DNA of 64,000 bases, taken from positions 91,140,001 to 91,204,000 of the forward strand of contig NC_045697.1 of assembly GCF_009834535.1 (NCBI RefSeq), read 5' to 3'. Within the stretch, counting starts at the first letter, position 1; each line of letters opens with the position of its first letter. Position numbers and translations under genes: made by a program. The notes beneath the pieces are model-generated. The model was not told where the DNA came from. It made no database searches and worked only from the letters and a program-made list of their open reading frames with translations. Shown piece after piece: positions 48,530-61,739 of this stretch. The stretch is from Camelus ferus. Its lineage: Eukaryota.

Positions 48530-49800
48530 GCCTGTATTAATTAGTATGCCTTTGGCTGCAAGTCACAGAATACCCAACTAGAAGAGCCATAAACAATAAG
48601 GAAATTCATAATCTCACATTATAAGAAATCATATTCTTGAATGATAACTGGTTAATTCAGCAGCACTTTCCATATTTCCACTTTTTCTTCTCCAGCATGT
48701 TTATCCTCAGACTTGTTTCTTTGTGGTCACAAGATGGCTGCCACAACTCCAGATATCACATCCCTCACAGCTATGTCAGTATTAATTTCCTAAGGCTGCT
48801 GTAACAAATTATCCCAAATTTGGTGACTTAAATGATGATAATTTATTCTTTCACTGGTTGGAGCCAGATGTCTGAAATTAGTATCACTGAACTGAAACCA
48901 AGGTGTGGTCAGGGCCATACTCCAAGCAGGCTTTAAGTGAGAATTTGTTCCTTGCCTCTTCCAGATTCTGGTGGCTGCCAGTATTCCTTGGCTTTTGGCT
49001 GCATCACTCCAATCTCTGCCTCCATCTTCACATTGCCTTTTCTTCTGTCTGTGTCAAATTTCATTCTGCCTCTCTCTTGTGAGTGACTTTAGGTCACTTG
49101 TGATTGCATTTAGGGTCCACCTGGACAATCCAGGATGATCTCCCCATCTCATGATCCTAACCTTAATCATATCTGCAGACTTTTTTTCCCATACAAATTG
49201 ATGTTTATAAATTCTAGGTTTATCACCTGATATCTTTGAATATCATTATTCAGCTTACTACAATGTCCAAAGGTAGAAAGGGCAATTTCTCCTCATCTGT
49301 GATTACTTAACAAGGAGGAAGTCTTTCCCAGGAGCCCCCTGTCTTAGCCAGTTTGGGCTGTTATAACTGAATACTACAGGCTGGCTTAAACAACAAATGT
49401 TTTATTTCTCACAGTTCTGGAGGCTGGGATGTCCAAGATCAAAGCACTGGCAGACCCAGTGTCTGCTGAGATCACTTCCTGATTTGCAGATATGGTCGAA
49501 TCTAGTTGTATACTTCCATGGCTGAGACCACATTTCTCTCAATTACATTTTTTCTTATAAGGGCACTAATTCCATTCATAAGTCTCCTCCTTCATGACCT
49601 AATTATCTCCAGAGGCTTTACTTCCTATAACGGTACATTGTGGGGTTAGGATTTCAACATATGAATTTTGAAGGGACACAAACACTCAGTCCATAAGACT
49701 CCTACCCCTGGCATATTGCCCACTAGTCCTCTTGGCTGTGGTTGGGTCATGAATTCACGCATGTGGCCTCTATCAGCAGAAAAATATGAGAGTCTGAGGG
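48530..49800 (-). mobile_element. Nested MaLR LTR cluster: old MLT1J/K-like LTR interrupted by MLT1C-like (about 48772-49262) and MLT1A-like (about 49340-49698) LTRs
   Basis: Three distinct MLT1 starts (tgtattaattagtatgcctttggctgcaag; gtattaatttcctaaggctgctgtaacaaatt; tgtcttagccagtttgggctgttataac). The host LTR resumes after each insert. Confidence 0.7.
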
Positions 49801-49809
49801 AAGACTATT

Positions 49810-50420
49810 GGTTAGACCATCAGCATCTGCCTCAGGATTCCTGCTCCTTTAAGGCTCATGTTATTGGAACTGCCCGTCCAGAATGCTGTTCTTTTTTGGC
49901 TTTCTGCTCACTCCTTCTCAGTCATTGAAGACTTTGGCATTTGTCTCATAGTCTTTCTTTGTGGCCTATCTACCACTAACCATTCAGCTCTTTGACCTCT
50001 TCATCTTCTAGTGACCATCCCTGCTCCATCCCTGCCTTCCATCCCCACAGCTTCACCCTGGACCTGAACATCACTTGAAACTTCTCCTTCTCTGAAATAG
50101 CAACTACAGACCCTCTGGCCATGTCCTCCCACCCTTCCAGCTTACTCATTTTACCCCTCCTCTCTCCTTTCTGCTTATCCATCAGTCAGTCTTATCATGA
50201 GTTTCCTCCTATCCAGAATATATTTATTGCCCATATTTGAAACACCCTTGACCCTTGGTCCTTCCATTGAAGTTATCCAGCAAAACCCCAATCTTGGATG
50301 AACCCGTATCTGCTTGCTCAAACTTCTTCATTGTCTTTGATTCTCACCCCTTCACTCTCAGCAGATGACTGTACTTCATAGTTAATTAAAATAGAAGACG
50401 TCTGATGGAAACTCGTTAAC
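49810..50420 (+). mobile_element. L2 fragment (ORF2 region)
   Basis: Pyrimidine-rich L2 pattern (ccttccattgaagttatccagcaaaaccccaatcttggatgaacc...cagcagatgactgtacttcatag). Confidence 0.6.
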
Positions 50421-51407
50421 TTCCCAACACTACATTTACTTGTCTGTGTTACTGAGATGTTTAATCATCTGGCCTTGTTACAGTGGAATGGAGCTCCTTC
50501 TGCTAGAGGACAATCCTTCTTGTTCTATGGAAACACGACTAAGCTTTGGTCAACGAGATGTAAGTGGAAGTGTAGTACAGAAGTATTTGCAGCGCTTCTT
50601 TCAAAGATACTGATCATATATCCTTTACCTTATTCTTCTAATCCCCTCCTCCATCCAGATACCTGGAATATGAATGTGACCACTGGAGCTCTTGCAGCCA
50701 TTTTAAAAGAGTGATGCCAATGGAATGGCAGAGGAGTTAGATAGAACTATTTTTACCTTCTTTAAATCATTCCAATTTCTAATCCACACAGGTACAACTC
50801 TTCTCTTAGAGTCTAAATCCTACACTCTTCAGATGTGTTTAAAATTTTGCTCTGCTGAAATAACTTTATGCTAAAAGAACTTCTATCTCCTTTCTAACCT
50901 TGACATATAGTAAAAAATCGGCTTCCATTAACTGCCATGTCCCGTTGTCCTTTCCCAGTTCCTGGCTTTCCTCTCCCTCACAGAGGTGATAGTTGTTGAG
51001 CGACAGGGTTAGGGATGAAAAGAAGAAAGCGTAGCCCCATCACCCATATGTAATTCTAGTCAGTTTTTGGTAAAATTTGTATCATCCTCTCTTTCCTTAT
51101 TTTTCTCCCTCTTTCCTTCCTTGTGCTTTACTTTCTATGCTCCTTTTACCCTGGTTAGAAGTTGATCCAGAGCAGGGAAGATACTCAAACTATATATCAA
51201 CATCAGCAAGTTTTCATTTCTATAGCCTGTATTTTTTTTTGCCTTATGATTTAGATGAAAATATTAAAAATAAAAAGAGGGCTTTTTGAGTGATTACCTT
51301 CTACAGGGACACAAAAAAAACATCCTCTTGAGGGAAAATATAACCTGATCATTTGTCTCAGAGTCTGACTTGAAAAGAGAAAAAGTTCTTGCAAAAGGCA
51401 GCTATAT

Positions 51408-51535
51408 TCAATATTTTGTAGTAACCTATAGTAAAAAAGAATATGAAAATGAATACGTGCATGTCTGAAACATGCTGTACACTAGAAACTGGCACATTAT
51501 AACTGACTATACTTCAATAAAAAAATTTTTTTAAA
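51408..51535 (+). mobile_element. Very short L1 3' terminus
   Basis: gctatattcaatattttgtagtaacctata...catgctgtacactagaaact...actgactatacttcaataaaaaa matches the reverse complement of 36044-36200. Confidence 0.8.
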
Positions 51536-51559
51536 GGTAACCAAAAAAGAAATGGAGGG

Positions 51560-52220
51560 TCAGTGGTTTACGCTCCCTACCCCATCCCATCTTCCACTCT
51601 GCTGCCCAAGTGGCAAGTCTGAAAGGCAAACCTGGTTGTTCACTCTCCTGCTTAAAACCCCTCAGTGGCTCCATTCTAACGTCATCTTTCACCTCTGGTC
51701 TGCCTCACACCCTGTGCCTCCAGTTACCCTGAATCACTTGCTCTTTTACATCTCTGCACTTTCTGTTGCTCTTTTCTGGACTGACCTCCCACCTAATCCT
51801 TCTAGCAAAGACCCATTCAGCTTCAAGGCTCACTTCAAGAACCTTCTTGTCATTCATGAGATTTCTTGTCCCTCTTTACCTCCCTTCTCCCAACTGACCT
51901 TTTCCTTCATTTTGTCTGCCTCTCAAAAAGTATCATTAACACGTGTCACACTTTTTTACAAAATCATTTGACATGCATGTATCCTTCTCTTTGACTGTCA
52001 GCTCACCAAAGCCTTATTTATTCTTTCATTGCTCATGTAATTCACACTTTTCTTTTTGTAAAAGAATCAATATAGAAATATCACATTAGAGTCTCCCTTC
52101 ACTTCTAACCTTCAGTCTCCCTCCCCTCCCCTTCTTATTCGTATTTGAACCCTCAGTGCCTAGTTCAGTGTCTGACACACAGAAGCCCCACAACTGTTTT
52201 AAATGAATGAATGAATAAAT
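51560..52220 (+). mobile_element. L2 3' end
   Basis: ttcactctcctgcttaaaacccctcagtggctcc...cctagttcagtgtctgacacacagaagcc...aatgaatgaatgaataaa. Confidence 0.7.
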
Positions 52221-53264
52221 ATCCTGTCAAGGTTGTCCTTGACTAGTGACACATCTACTCATAAATCTGAGTTTAAATACCCATTCACAGCATGCAGCTT
52301 CCTCACTCCAAGGTAACATCATGTATGTGCTCTCTTGGGATTTATTTTTGCTAACTCACTGTCTGAATCTTCAGTCTCCTCCAGGTCCTGTTTACTTTAA
52401 CTATTCAAAGCTCTGCTCCTCTGCTGGAGCAGTTTACATTGGGAGGAAGTTTTCCCACTGCCTGTGCAGTATAAATTGGTTTCTAAACAATCTTGCCCAG
52501 AGTCTCCATTAATACTGTACTGTAGAGCAAGGCAGGATAAAATATTCAAAGTAGCAGGAGTTACTTTTTAGGATGATTGAATATGATGAAGGAGCCAAGG
52601 ACAAAGGGTAATTTATTCCAAAGGAAGTCAACACCTTNNNNNNNNNNNNNNNNNNNNNNNNNNNNNNNNNNNNNNNNNNNNNNNNNNNNNNNNNNNNNNN
52701 NNNNNNNNNNNNNNNNNNNNNNNNNNNNNNNNNNNNNNNNNNNNNNNNNNNNNNNNNNNNNNNNNNNNNNNNNNNNNNNNNNNNNNNNNNNNNNNNNNNN
52801 NNNNNNNNNNNNNNNNNNNNNNNNNNNNNNNNNNNNNNNNNNNNNNNNNNNNNNNNNNNNNNNNNNNNNNNNNNNNNNNNNNNNNNNNNNNNNNNNNNNN
52901 NNNNNNNNNNNNNNNNNNNNNNNNNNNNNNNNNNNNNNNNNNNNNNNNNNNNNNNNNNNNNNNNNNNNNNNNNNNNAACATCGCAAAGGCAAAGCTCCAG
53001 CAGCTGGGACCTTCCTCAAGGGCAGGGACCTTGTAGTACTGAACTGTGTGTGCTTTGTGTAAATACAGCCCTTTTATCTGAGAGTCTCATGTCACTACCC
53101 AGGCATCAGTCTCATCTTGGTGCTTTTCCTCTAGACTGTAAGCTCCTTGAGATCATGGCCTTGATCCTTTTAAACTTTGAATCCCATAATGCTCAGCGGG
53201 TACAGGCACTCAATGAGTTGTAGGTGTGAACCGACTCAAGGCCTCACAAACTGAATCCAGCAGA

Positions 53265-53500
53265 TGTGAGAGACTGTGCTGTGAAGTGGCTAAGAGTGGA
53301 TATTTTCACTTCAATGTCCTTGAGCTGGTTACCTTGAGCCAGTTGCTTCGACCTCTCTAAGCCTCCATTTCCTCCCCTATAAAAGGTTTTCTGCTTATGA
53401 GGTTTTTGAGAAGGTTCAGAAAGATAATGCATACATAATACTTAGCACAGCACAGGGCCTGGCACACAGCAAGTGCTATTGTTATTGTTGTTGCTGTTGT
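53265..53500 (+). mobile_element. MIR SINE
   Basis: gaagtggctaagagt...ccttgagccagttgcttcgacctctctaagcctccatttcctcccctataaaa...cttagcacagcacagggcctggcacacagc. Confidence 0.7.
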
Positions 53501-53776
53501 TTTGGGGTGAAAGATCACAGGAAAGGGCACGTGGAGGCTGAGGTATAAATCACTTGGAATGTCAGTCCTAGTGCCAGTCAGCCACAAGACAGAACGTTAC
53601 CATGAGTAATAGTACTTGCCACAAAGGCCGATAACTTTTGTTCTGTTTTACCAAGAAAGAAAATGAGTTCCTGAAAGAGAATGGAGGGGCATAAGAAAAC
53701 AAGACCACTCTCTAAACGGTTGATAGAAAGATTCAGTATCAGGCTTTGTAAGTGAGACTCCTCTGTGACTCTAGAT

Positions 53777-55217
53777 TGTCTGCTTCTTGGAAGACAACAG
53801 TGGGCCAGGAACCAGAGTCAGGAAGTCAGGAAGGAAAGGCAAGGTAGGGCTTTCTGTGATGGACTGGGCTATTTCATTCATTCATTCGTTCATTCATTTA
53901 TTCATCATTCAGCTAATATTATTTATTGTGCCCATACCTATGCACTGCACTGTGCTAGGAACTCAGTGACAGGGATGACCATGGAGGTGGACCTAATTGT
54001 TATACAGTTGGAAATTCTAGGCTAGAAATAAAGTGAAGGACCAGAGCTAGAATAAAGATCCAGATGTAATCAGCATGAGGAAGAGCTGGAACTCTGGACA
54101 CAGGGCAGGTCCCGAGGCTGTTCTTTAGGGAACACTCCCAGTGAGGGGATAAGAAAGGGAATTGGCACCAATGAAGCAAACAGAGGAGAAATATGGGAAG
54201 GAAAAGGGCAGAGAAGCCGGGGACGTTGAAGGAGAGGAACGTTTCAACTGGTAGGATGGTAGCTGGCAGAGTCAGCTCTGGGTAAAGTCAATGAGGGTCA
54301 CTGGATCTGGTGATAAGGAGGCCACTGGTGATTCTTCTCCAAGAGGGGGATTACTGTGAGATGAGAATTTGACATCAAGGGTAGGTAGGGGATGATAGGG
54401 TGGGAAGAAAATGTGCGAAAATGTAGGCTATGGTTTGGCAGTAAAAGAATAAAGCTCAGCCAGTAGTTTGAGGGCATAGCACAGTTGGAAAAGACTGTGT
54501 AGTATTGTAGAGACCTAAAGTAGGAGGCAGTGAGAAGAGAGAGAGACAAGATATGAGACAGCTGGAGGTGGTGATACCATCAGGATCAGCCCAAGTCCCA
54601 AGACGTGCAGAAACCTTGTGAGCTGTTCTGTTCTGAGGGACTGAGGCCAGCACCTTCCCATTTAGGTGAGGTGCCTCTTTTCTTTGACTCATAGCCCTGA
54701 TTCTTACCTGTATCCCAATACATGTCAAATTGTAATTTTCAGTTTTTTCATGTCTCCTCCTTTGATGGTGAATTCTTCAACTTCAGGAACCATGTCTTAC
54801 TCATCTGAAATTCCCCAGTGACTACCTAGTTCAAGGTCTGGCACAGTCAATAAGGACTATTGAGTTCAACTACATAATCCCTCATAGCCAGTCTGTTCCA
54901 TCAACTAGAGTTCCCAGTAATTACACAGCCCCTTTATAAACTGTCTGCTTCTTGGAAGACAGCAATGGGCCAGCAACCAGAGTCAGGAAGGAAGGACAAG
55001 GTAGGGCTTTCTGTGGTGGACTGGGTAATTTCATTCATTCATTCATTCATTCATTCATCCATCATGTAGCTAATAGTATCTATTGTGACCATACCTTTGC
55101 AATGCACTATGCTAGGAACTCAGAGATACAGATGACCATGGATGTGGACCTCATTAGTATGCAGTTGGAAATTCTGGGCTAGAAAAACAGTGAAGGATCA
55201 GAACTAGAGAGAAAGAT
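53777..55217 (+). repeat. Diverged local direct duplication, about 280 bp (53777-54059 and 54942-55217)
   Basis: Both copies begin tgtctgcttcttggaagac and align through aaagat, roughly 85% identical by manual alignment. Confidence 0.9.
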
Positions 55218-55619
55218 ATGGCCACCTCTGCCCCCAATCTTATGTATTTCTTATATTAAGGTAAGAGCTGCAAGAAGTTTGGGTATAGTTCACTCCCCTC
55301 CCCATGCTTGCAGGAGCAGACCAGGACACATGGGAGCCTTGTCTCACCCGAAGCTAAATGAACTGTGTGAGGCACTAACTGAAATGAAGCCAAGAAGCCA
55401 CGGTCCTATTCTCTCACAGCTTTTCTTAGAGAGTCTGACCCAGAGTCTTTCTACTTCTCTCTCTACTCTTCCCATTCTGGCTCGTACGTTTTGTCAGCTC
55501 ACCACTGCCTGTATCCTGTTTCTACTTTTGAAAGCCTGTTTTTAGACCCAAGCCTTTCATTTTGCCTTTATTCAAAGTTTTCTGCACCCTCACTAGCTCT
55601 AAGAAAATGATTTTGAACC

Positions 55620-57295
55620 AAAATCTGACAATAGAACTTGAGCCAGCGTTTTTCACCCCTCCAGATCCCACGTGGGTCTGACTCAGACAAGACCCCAAAA
55701 CATAAGCGCTTCTGAGTAACAGCCAACTCTGGGGCCTCTGACGTGGAGCCATCGGCCTTCAGGGAAAGGGACAATCACTATCACGAAGTCAAAGCTGAGT
55801 ACCAGACTGTCCTGATTTTCCTCGATAAGCCGATACTTGGAAAGCTTTCCAGTTAGCAGCTAAGAAACTTTTCCTTTTTCACTCATGCTTACAAAATAAT
55901 TTTCTTTTTCCAGAAAATGTTTTACTAGTAATTTCTTTTGGTTTAATCCTCTATTATTCAATTTGAACACCTTGGCTTTCTACATGTTGCGGGATCAGGA
56001 CAGGCCTGGCAGTGACCCAGGGGCACAAAGGGGACAGCAAAGTGTGGTGTAATTCTATTCCTGTCACTGACACCTCCTGCCTTCTCCGGGACCTCTGCAC
56101 ACTCACCCTCCTGTGAGTCACAGTTTGCAGATCCTGAGGTCCAAGAAAAGGAAGCATTGTCTCACAGCTGTAAATCAAGAGTTGTGTTTGTGGATTTCGT
56201 TTTCCTGCTTCTCGTTCATACTTGTTCTTGTTTTCCCGGCACAAGGGCATCTGTGCCTAAAACAGCCGCTTATCTCAGTTGACTGCTGTTTGCTGATATC
56301 TGGCTCATTCTGTTCTGAAAAGCCACACAAAGGAAAAAGTTGGGAATTCTTTCTAATACAACGTTAAACTTATCCATGCTAGATATGTCTCAAACACCCA
56401 AACTGCCTTAAAACCTAAACCAAGCTCAACATATGACTCACTCTCAGCCATGCGGCGGGGGGGGGGGGGTCGGGGGGGAAGAGGGATGCTGTTGGGGGAG
56501 AAACACACAAACCCTGATCACCTCATTATACAGCTCTTGTCCATTTCGCTCTTCCACATGGCTTATACCTTCAGCTTCTCTCTATCTTGAATTTCTGGGT
56601 TCCTGACTGACACAGGTTCTCTTCTTGGTCAGTGGGGTTTAGAATTCAGCACCAAGTGGCTTGGGTGGTGAGGGAGTGGCCACACACAGCGCCTCCTGCA
56701 GTCTCTGAGCGGGACTACGGGTAACTGAGCGGCGTCTAACCAGCCACCTCTCATGCTTGATGTGTCCACACAGAGCCTTTCCTTGGCTGGCTCTGTGGGT
56801 TGACAGTTCGCGATTTGGCCCCTTTCTTCCTGCGGTGCCTTCGCTAGAGGAGAACCTCCAAAGGTGCCATGTTTGTGTCTCTGATACTGTTTCATAGCAG
56901 CTCAGAGTAAGAGTCATCTGAAGCATAATACCTGAAGACTTATTCCATGCACTCTGCTTCCGCTGCAGCTCACCAAAAAAAGGAGCTGCTTATTTATCCA
57001 GCTGTCAGCCATTTCCCATAAATGTCTGGCCCGGCGAGCTGCACTGTGGCAGGCATTGCTTTAGTGCCAATAGGCTGGCCCTCTGCCAGGTCCTCATTGT
57101 TGGCGACTCCATCTTGCTATTGAACGCTAAGTATGAGTCAGAGGGGATGCTGATAGAATCCCCAGCAGGTCCTGACCACACGGGCAGACCGAGCCACACA
57201 GGGAGAGGGGCTGACCTCCACTCTGCAGAGTGGTTAGTTCTGAAGCTTGGTGCCATGTTAGTGCAAACAGTATGACATACAATTCAACTGCTCTG
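55620..57295. promoter_or_regulatory. Candidate enhancer / alternative promoter
   Basis: Four AP-1 heptamers (55679-55685, 56114-56120, 56434-56440, 57134-57140), E-box CACGTG at 55669-55674, G-run at 56457-56478, locally raised CpG at 56690-57200, and no recognisable repeats. Confidence 0.5.
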
Positions 57296-60200
57296 NNNNN
57301 NNNNNNNNNNNNNNNNNNNNNNNNNNNNNNNNNNNNNNNNNNNNNNNNNNNNNNNNNNNNNNNNNNNNNNNNNNNNNNNNNNNNNNNNNNNNNNNNNNNN
57401 NNNNNNNNNNNNNNNNNNNNNNNNNNNNNNNNNNNCTTTTTTGGAAGAAAATTGTTGCTTTGTGTAGGCCGATGTGTAACTTTAATAATCTTATGATTAG
57501 CTCTGAGTATACTGTGCTAATTATTCATAGTTGTCCTTCATCTTTTGTATGTATTATTGTATTTATACAGCAGCAGCTGGTGATGACTGTATCATTAGAT
57601 AATGCCCATATTTTGAAAGGTTAAATTTCCTAGAAACCATTTTCTAGTTTTCATGTGTCCTTGCTTGTGCTCTTTAAAGAGACTGAAAAAGAATGTTCTA
57701 CAAAATCCTGCCTTGCTCTGCGGTGATGAGGTCAGACAGACCTCCCCCATGAGGCTGACTAAAGCTGCCATACAACTGTGGAGTGGCTTTGGAAACTTGG
57801 AGACATTTGGGCCTGTTTAGTCACCACCACAGCTCAATCCCATGGCTCCTGTCACCACTTTGGTGAGTTGGTGGTACAATAGACATGTCATCATGAAAGG
57901 GCCTGAAATGAGGTGAAATGAGGGCAGTCACAGGGCTGTTTTCCTGCTAAAAACAACAATAAGTTGTTTCTAGTTATTTCGTATTAGAAGGAATTTCCTA
58001 ACAGAAAATTCTCCTCCACTAAATAGGATTTTACCTGTACAATACTTTATTGCTTATGAATATCAGAGTCAACTCCAACTGGCATCTGAGAGCTGGAAAA
58101 TGATATCTGTCCTTACAAGAGAAAGAAGTATTTTTTCCTATATTGGTCAAAAGCCAAGTCATTAACTGCCAACCAATAAAGGTACAAGGGGAAAAAAGAA
58201 TTGAGTCTTAATTACCTCTGAAATTCCAGATAGAAAATTGTACATTCAGTTACACCTGAGGTAGCAGAAAACTCCAAGGGACTAAGTCCTCTGGCCAAAC
58301 CAAAATTTGGTTTATTTAACTTTCTCTAGAAATGGATCATTGGGCCTTGTACATATGTTTGTTATATAGAGATTTTTCTCAGTATAACCTCAGGTGGATT
58401 ATAATAAGATATGTGTATGTGTCTGGTATATTAATCATAAGGCACCAAATTATTCAAATTATTTTCAAAGACACAAATTTTATGTGAGGGTAAAAGTATT
58501 ATCATGTAAAATGCAGAAATGCTTCCTAGCTATGCTGATATTTTATGCCAATTGAATACAGAACTTAGCTTAAGAAAATCATAGATTTGTAAATTAAAAT
58601 GAGATGGAAAAAATGTTGACCAGCTATATAAAAAGGGCAGCAATTCAAGCTGTAGAATCTGGGTTATTTCTTTTTCACTGCCCCAGATTTTGTTTAGAGT
58701 CAATGTTAAAAAGTCAGGGTTTTTCCCACACTATAGAGCACTGATAATATTTTCAATATTTCAATATTTTCTCACCTACTGGAGTAGGTATATTACATTA
58801 TATACCTACTGGAATATAATGTAAATTCTTAAGTGTGATTTAATAATTCTTTAGAAATCATTCTTTGGATTTTGCTGTTTATAGAGTGGGAGGGAATTGA
58901 CATATTCCATGTGTTTTTATTAAAGCTAAGATTTTTAAAAAATAAGAAGCACTAGAAAAGTCCAGAGTCACCTCAGATTTTGGTCAGAGGCGGCAGAAGA
59001 AGAGTAGAGAAGGGGAGGATGACACAGTGATGGCTGGAGTGGAAGCCATTACCCAGCACTGCAATGGCAGATTGCTTCGTGGCGTGACACTCAGAGGTTG
59101 TTTTTGATTTTAGTTTAGATATGAAAGAAAATTTTACACTGTTTCAGACAAATAGATTGACAACTTGTATTTCACAACATCGTATGTGCAAAGCACTTCA
59201 CACCAATCCCAGGTCACGTTGACTTCACACCGGGGCGCTGGGAGAGGAGGTAACACAATGATGTGGAAGGCAGCATGCCCCACACCTGCAAATGCTGTGG
59301 TTATGGAGAAGAGATCTGATCCTTTGTTTCTCCCATCCAAGACCATAAATTAATTCCTTCATTTAGTCAACAAATATTTATTGAGCTCAATATTTATTGA
59401 GCTATGATAGTCTGGGAAGTGGTCTTTTATGAGTTGTGATATGCCACAGATTAGTATTAATTGTTGTGTTGTGAATTAAGAGAGGAACTTGAAGTACCAA
59501 TCAATATAAAGGGATCAGGAGTAGCTCAGAACTCTCCCTGAGGCATCCCATGTAACTTGGCAGTGGCTGTGTAGAAATGAAAGGGACATGCGTTTTGCTA
59601 TCTAGGCAGTTGCTGCTGGTCAAATTGCCACTGTGTTTTGCATGATGAATAGGCAAAGAATTCCATCAGTAAAGTGCAAGTCTTCAAAACTAAGATACTT
59701 TCATCTTGGAATATAGGCAAAATGGATTTGTCTGTAGAGGGCTTGAATCAGGAAGGACCACAAGGTAGGGGCCTACTTTGAGCATCAAGAGTTTACATGA
59801 TCAAGAGGGAGGTAAGCTTATGATTCAGAAATTCAGAATCAGCACAACCTAATAATCCTGGACTTAGAGGAGCAGCTGTTTCTCTATGGCTCATTTAAGA
59901 TGCCTTACAAAACCAGAAGCTCTAGAGCCTGAAGATATAGGAAAATAAACTATAAATGGAGCAACATTTAATAGCAGGGCCCTATGAGTACCATACAGAG
60001 GAAGTTTGATTTTTCATTGTCATGTAGGTTTATTTCTATTGAAATATGAATCTGTCACATTTTGCAAAAACCAAAAATCTCCTAAAATGGGGAAGTTTTC
60101 AGAATGTTGTTCTCATGAATCATTCCCTGATATCATAACTAGGTAAGGTGGGGATGGAGTTCTAAGAATGAAGGCATTTACATGGCCATTATCATAAAAA

Positions 60201-61739
60201 AAAAAAAAGTGGAAGTAATGTCATAAGTGAATGCCCGGTAGCTAAAGTATAATCTGAATCAGTAAAAGGCAGGTGCTACTGTCTAGGAAATGATCTAACT
60301 GATAGGCTGTTCTGTTGTGAAATAGACACTGATTTACTAGATTTTTGTACTCCTTAACAAACCTGTAAATAGTGGAAGTTGAAAATTTTCAATGGCAATA
60401 GCCGTAACTGGAGAGGTACTTTTTTTCCCCTGAATGTTAAAACCAATGTAAAATAGTAGCATTGTTTCATTGCTGAATGCCCCTAAATCACCCAGCTATT
60501 TCTATTATGAATGATTTAGATACAATTCTATTGCATTGTAGAGAACAGCTCAGATAAACTCTTGGAATATCTCCAATGTCTATAATTCCCTTGTGAAAAG
60601 TACACATAATAGGCAAAAAAAAAAAAAAAATTATTTTTTTTTCTATTTTATCTAAGACTATTTCTGCTCAGTGATTCTTTTTCCTTTTTATTCCATTTTT
60701 GGAGATATTGAACCACCAAATATGTAACAGAAACAAAATATGGTTAAAAATCTTTCCTAGATTCCCTACCTAAGGGCTGTAGACTATGGTGGGGATATTG
60801 AAGTAGGGGACCGAGTATGTATTTTCACTACATTGTTTATGTTGTAATAAACAGTGTGATGCATATATTTGTATTTTATTTCTTAAGTATATATAAGTAC
60901 TGAGGAGATTATTCATTTTAGAACACTACTAGGTTTACAGAAGCTTTTAACATTATATGTTTTCTCAGTCAACTGAACACTAAAAATATAATTATGATAA
61001 AATGGAGATTCCTCAAGAATTTTTGACTTTAGAAAGGAATTCTCAAACTTGTCACTGAAAGAACTGTGGTGTTAGATGTGGAAGGACTTCCTTGAGGTTA
61101 ATTTTTTTCTATTTTTTCCCAAGGACAATATTAGTAAAAGATGCAGCAGGAATATTTTAGGATGTTATAGATGATATTATGTCTGTTTCCACAAAAATTA
61201 CATGCCTACATTTAATTATGTAACCCTTAAATAGGGGAAATTATAATTCTATCCATTTGAGAATGTATAATCTTTTTCAAACACATTTAGATATAAGCCA
61301 TATGTTAAATTGAGTAAATCAGGTGTTGAAATAATATGCTTTACTTTTGAATATATTACCCCAGTATTTTAAAAACTACAAAAAGTCAGTAGCAGCCACA
61401 CTATATCAGAATAAATTATCAGGCTCGTAGCTCTGCTGGAGGAGGATATTGCTTTGACAGTTGGAATTTGGCAGTTGGTAACCTGACAGATGATGGTTAA
61501 TGAGATGATACCTATAGTTGGTGAGCAGGGAGCTTGCCTTCAGCATGTCGGTATTATCTGTCCTTGCATCCACTGGCACCAGTGCTGGCCAACTGACATG
61601 GGACATGGGTTGTCCAGTTGACTCTTTAGTGGCACCCTTAACTCCCCTAGCATAAGTCATCTTTCTTTGGACCATGAGGATTATCCATTGAAGATTATTG
61701 GCAGCAATTTTAATCTGCATCCTCTCTTCTTCACCTTGC

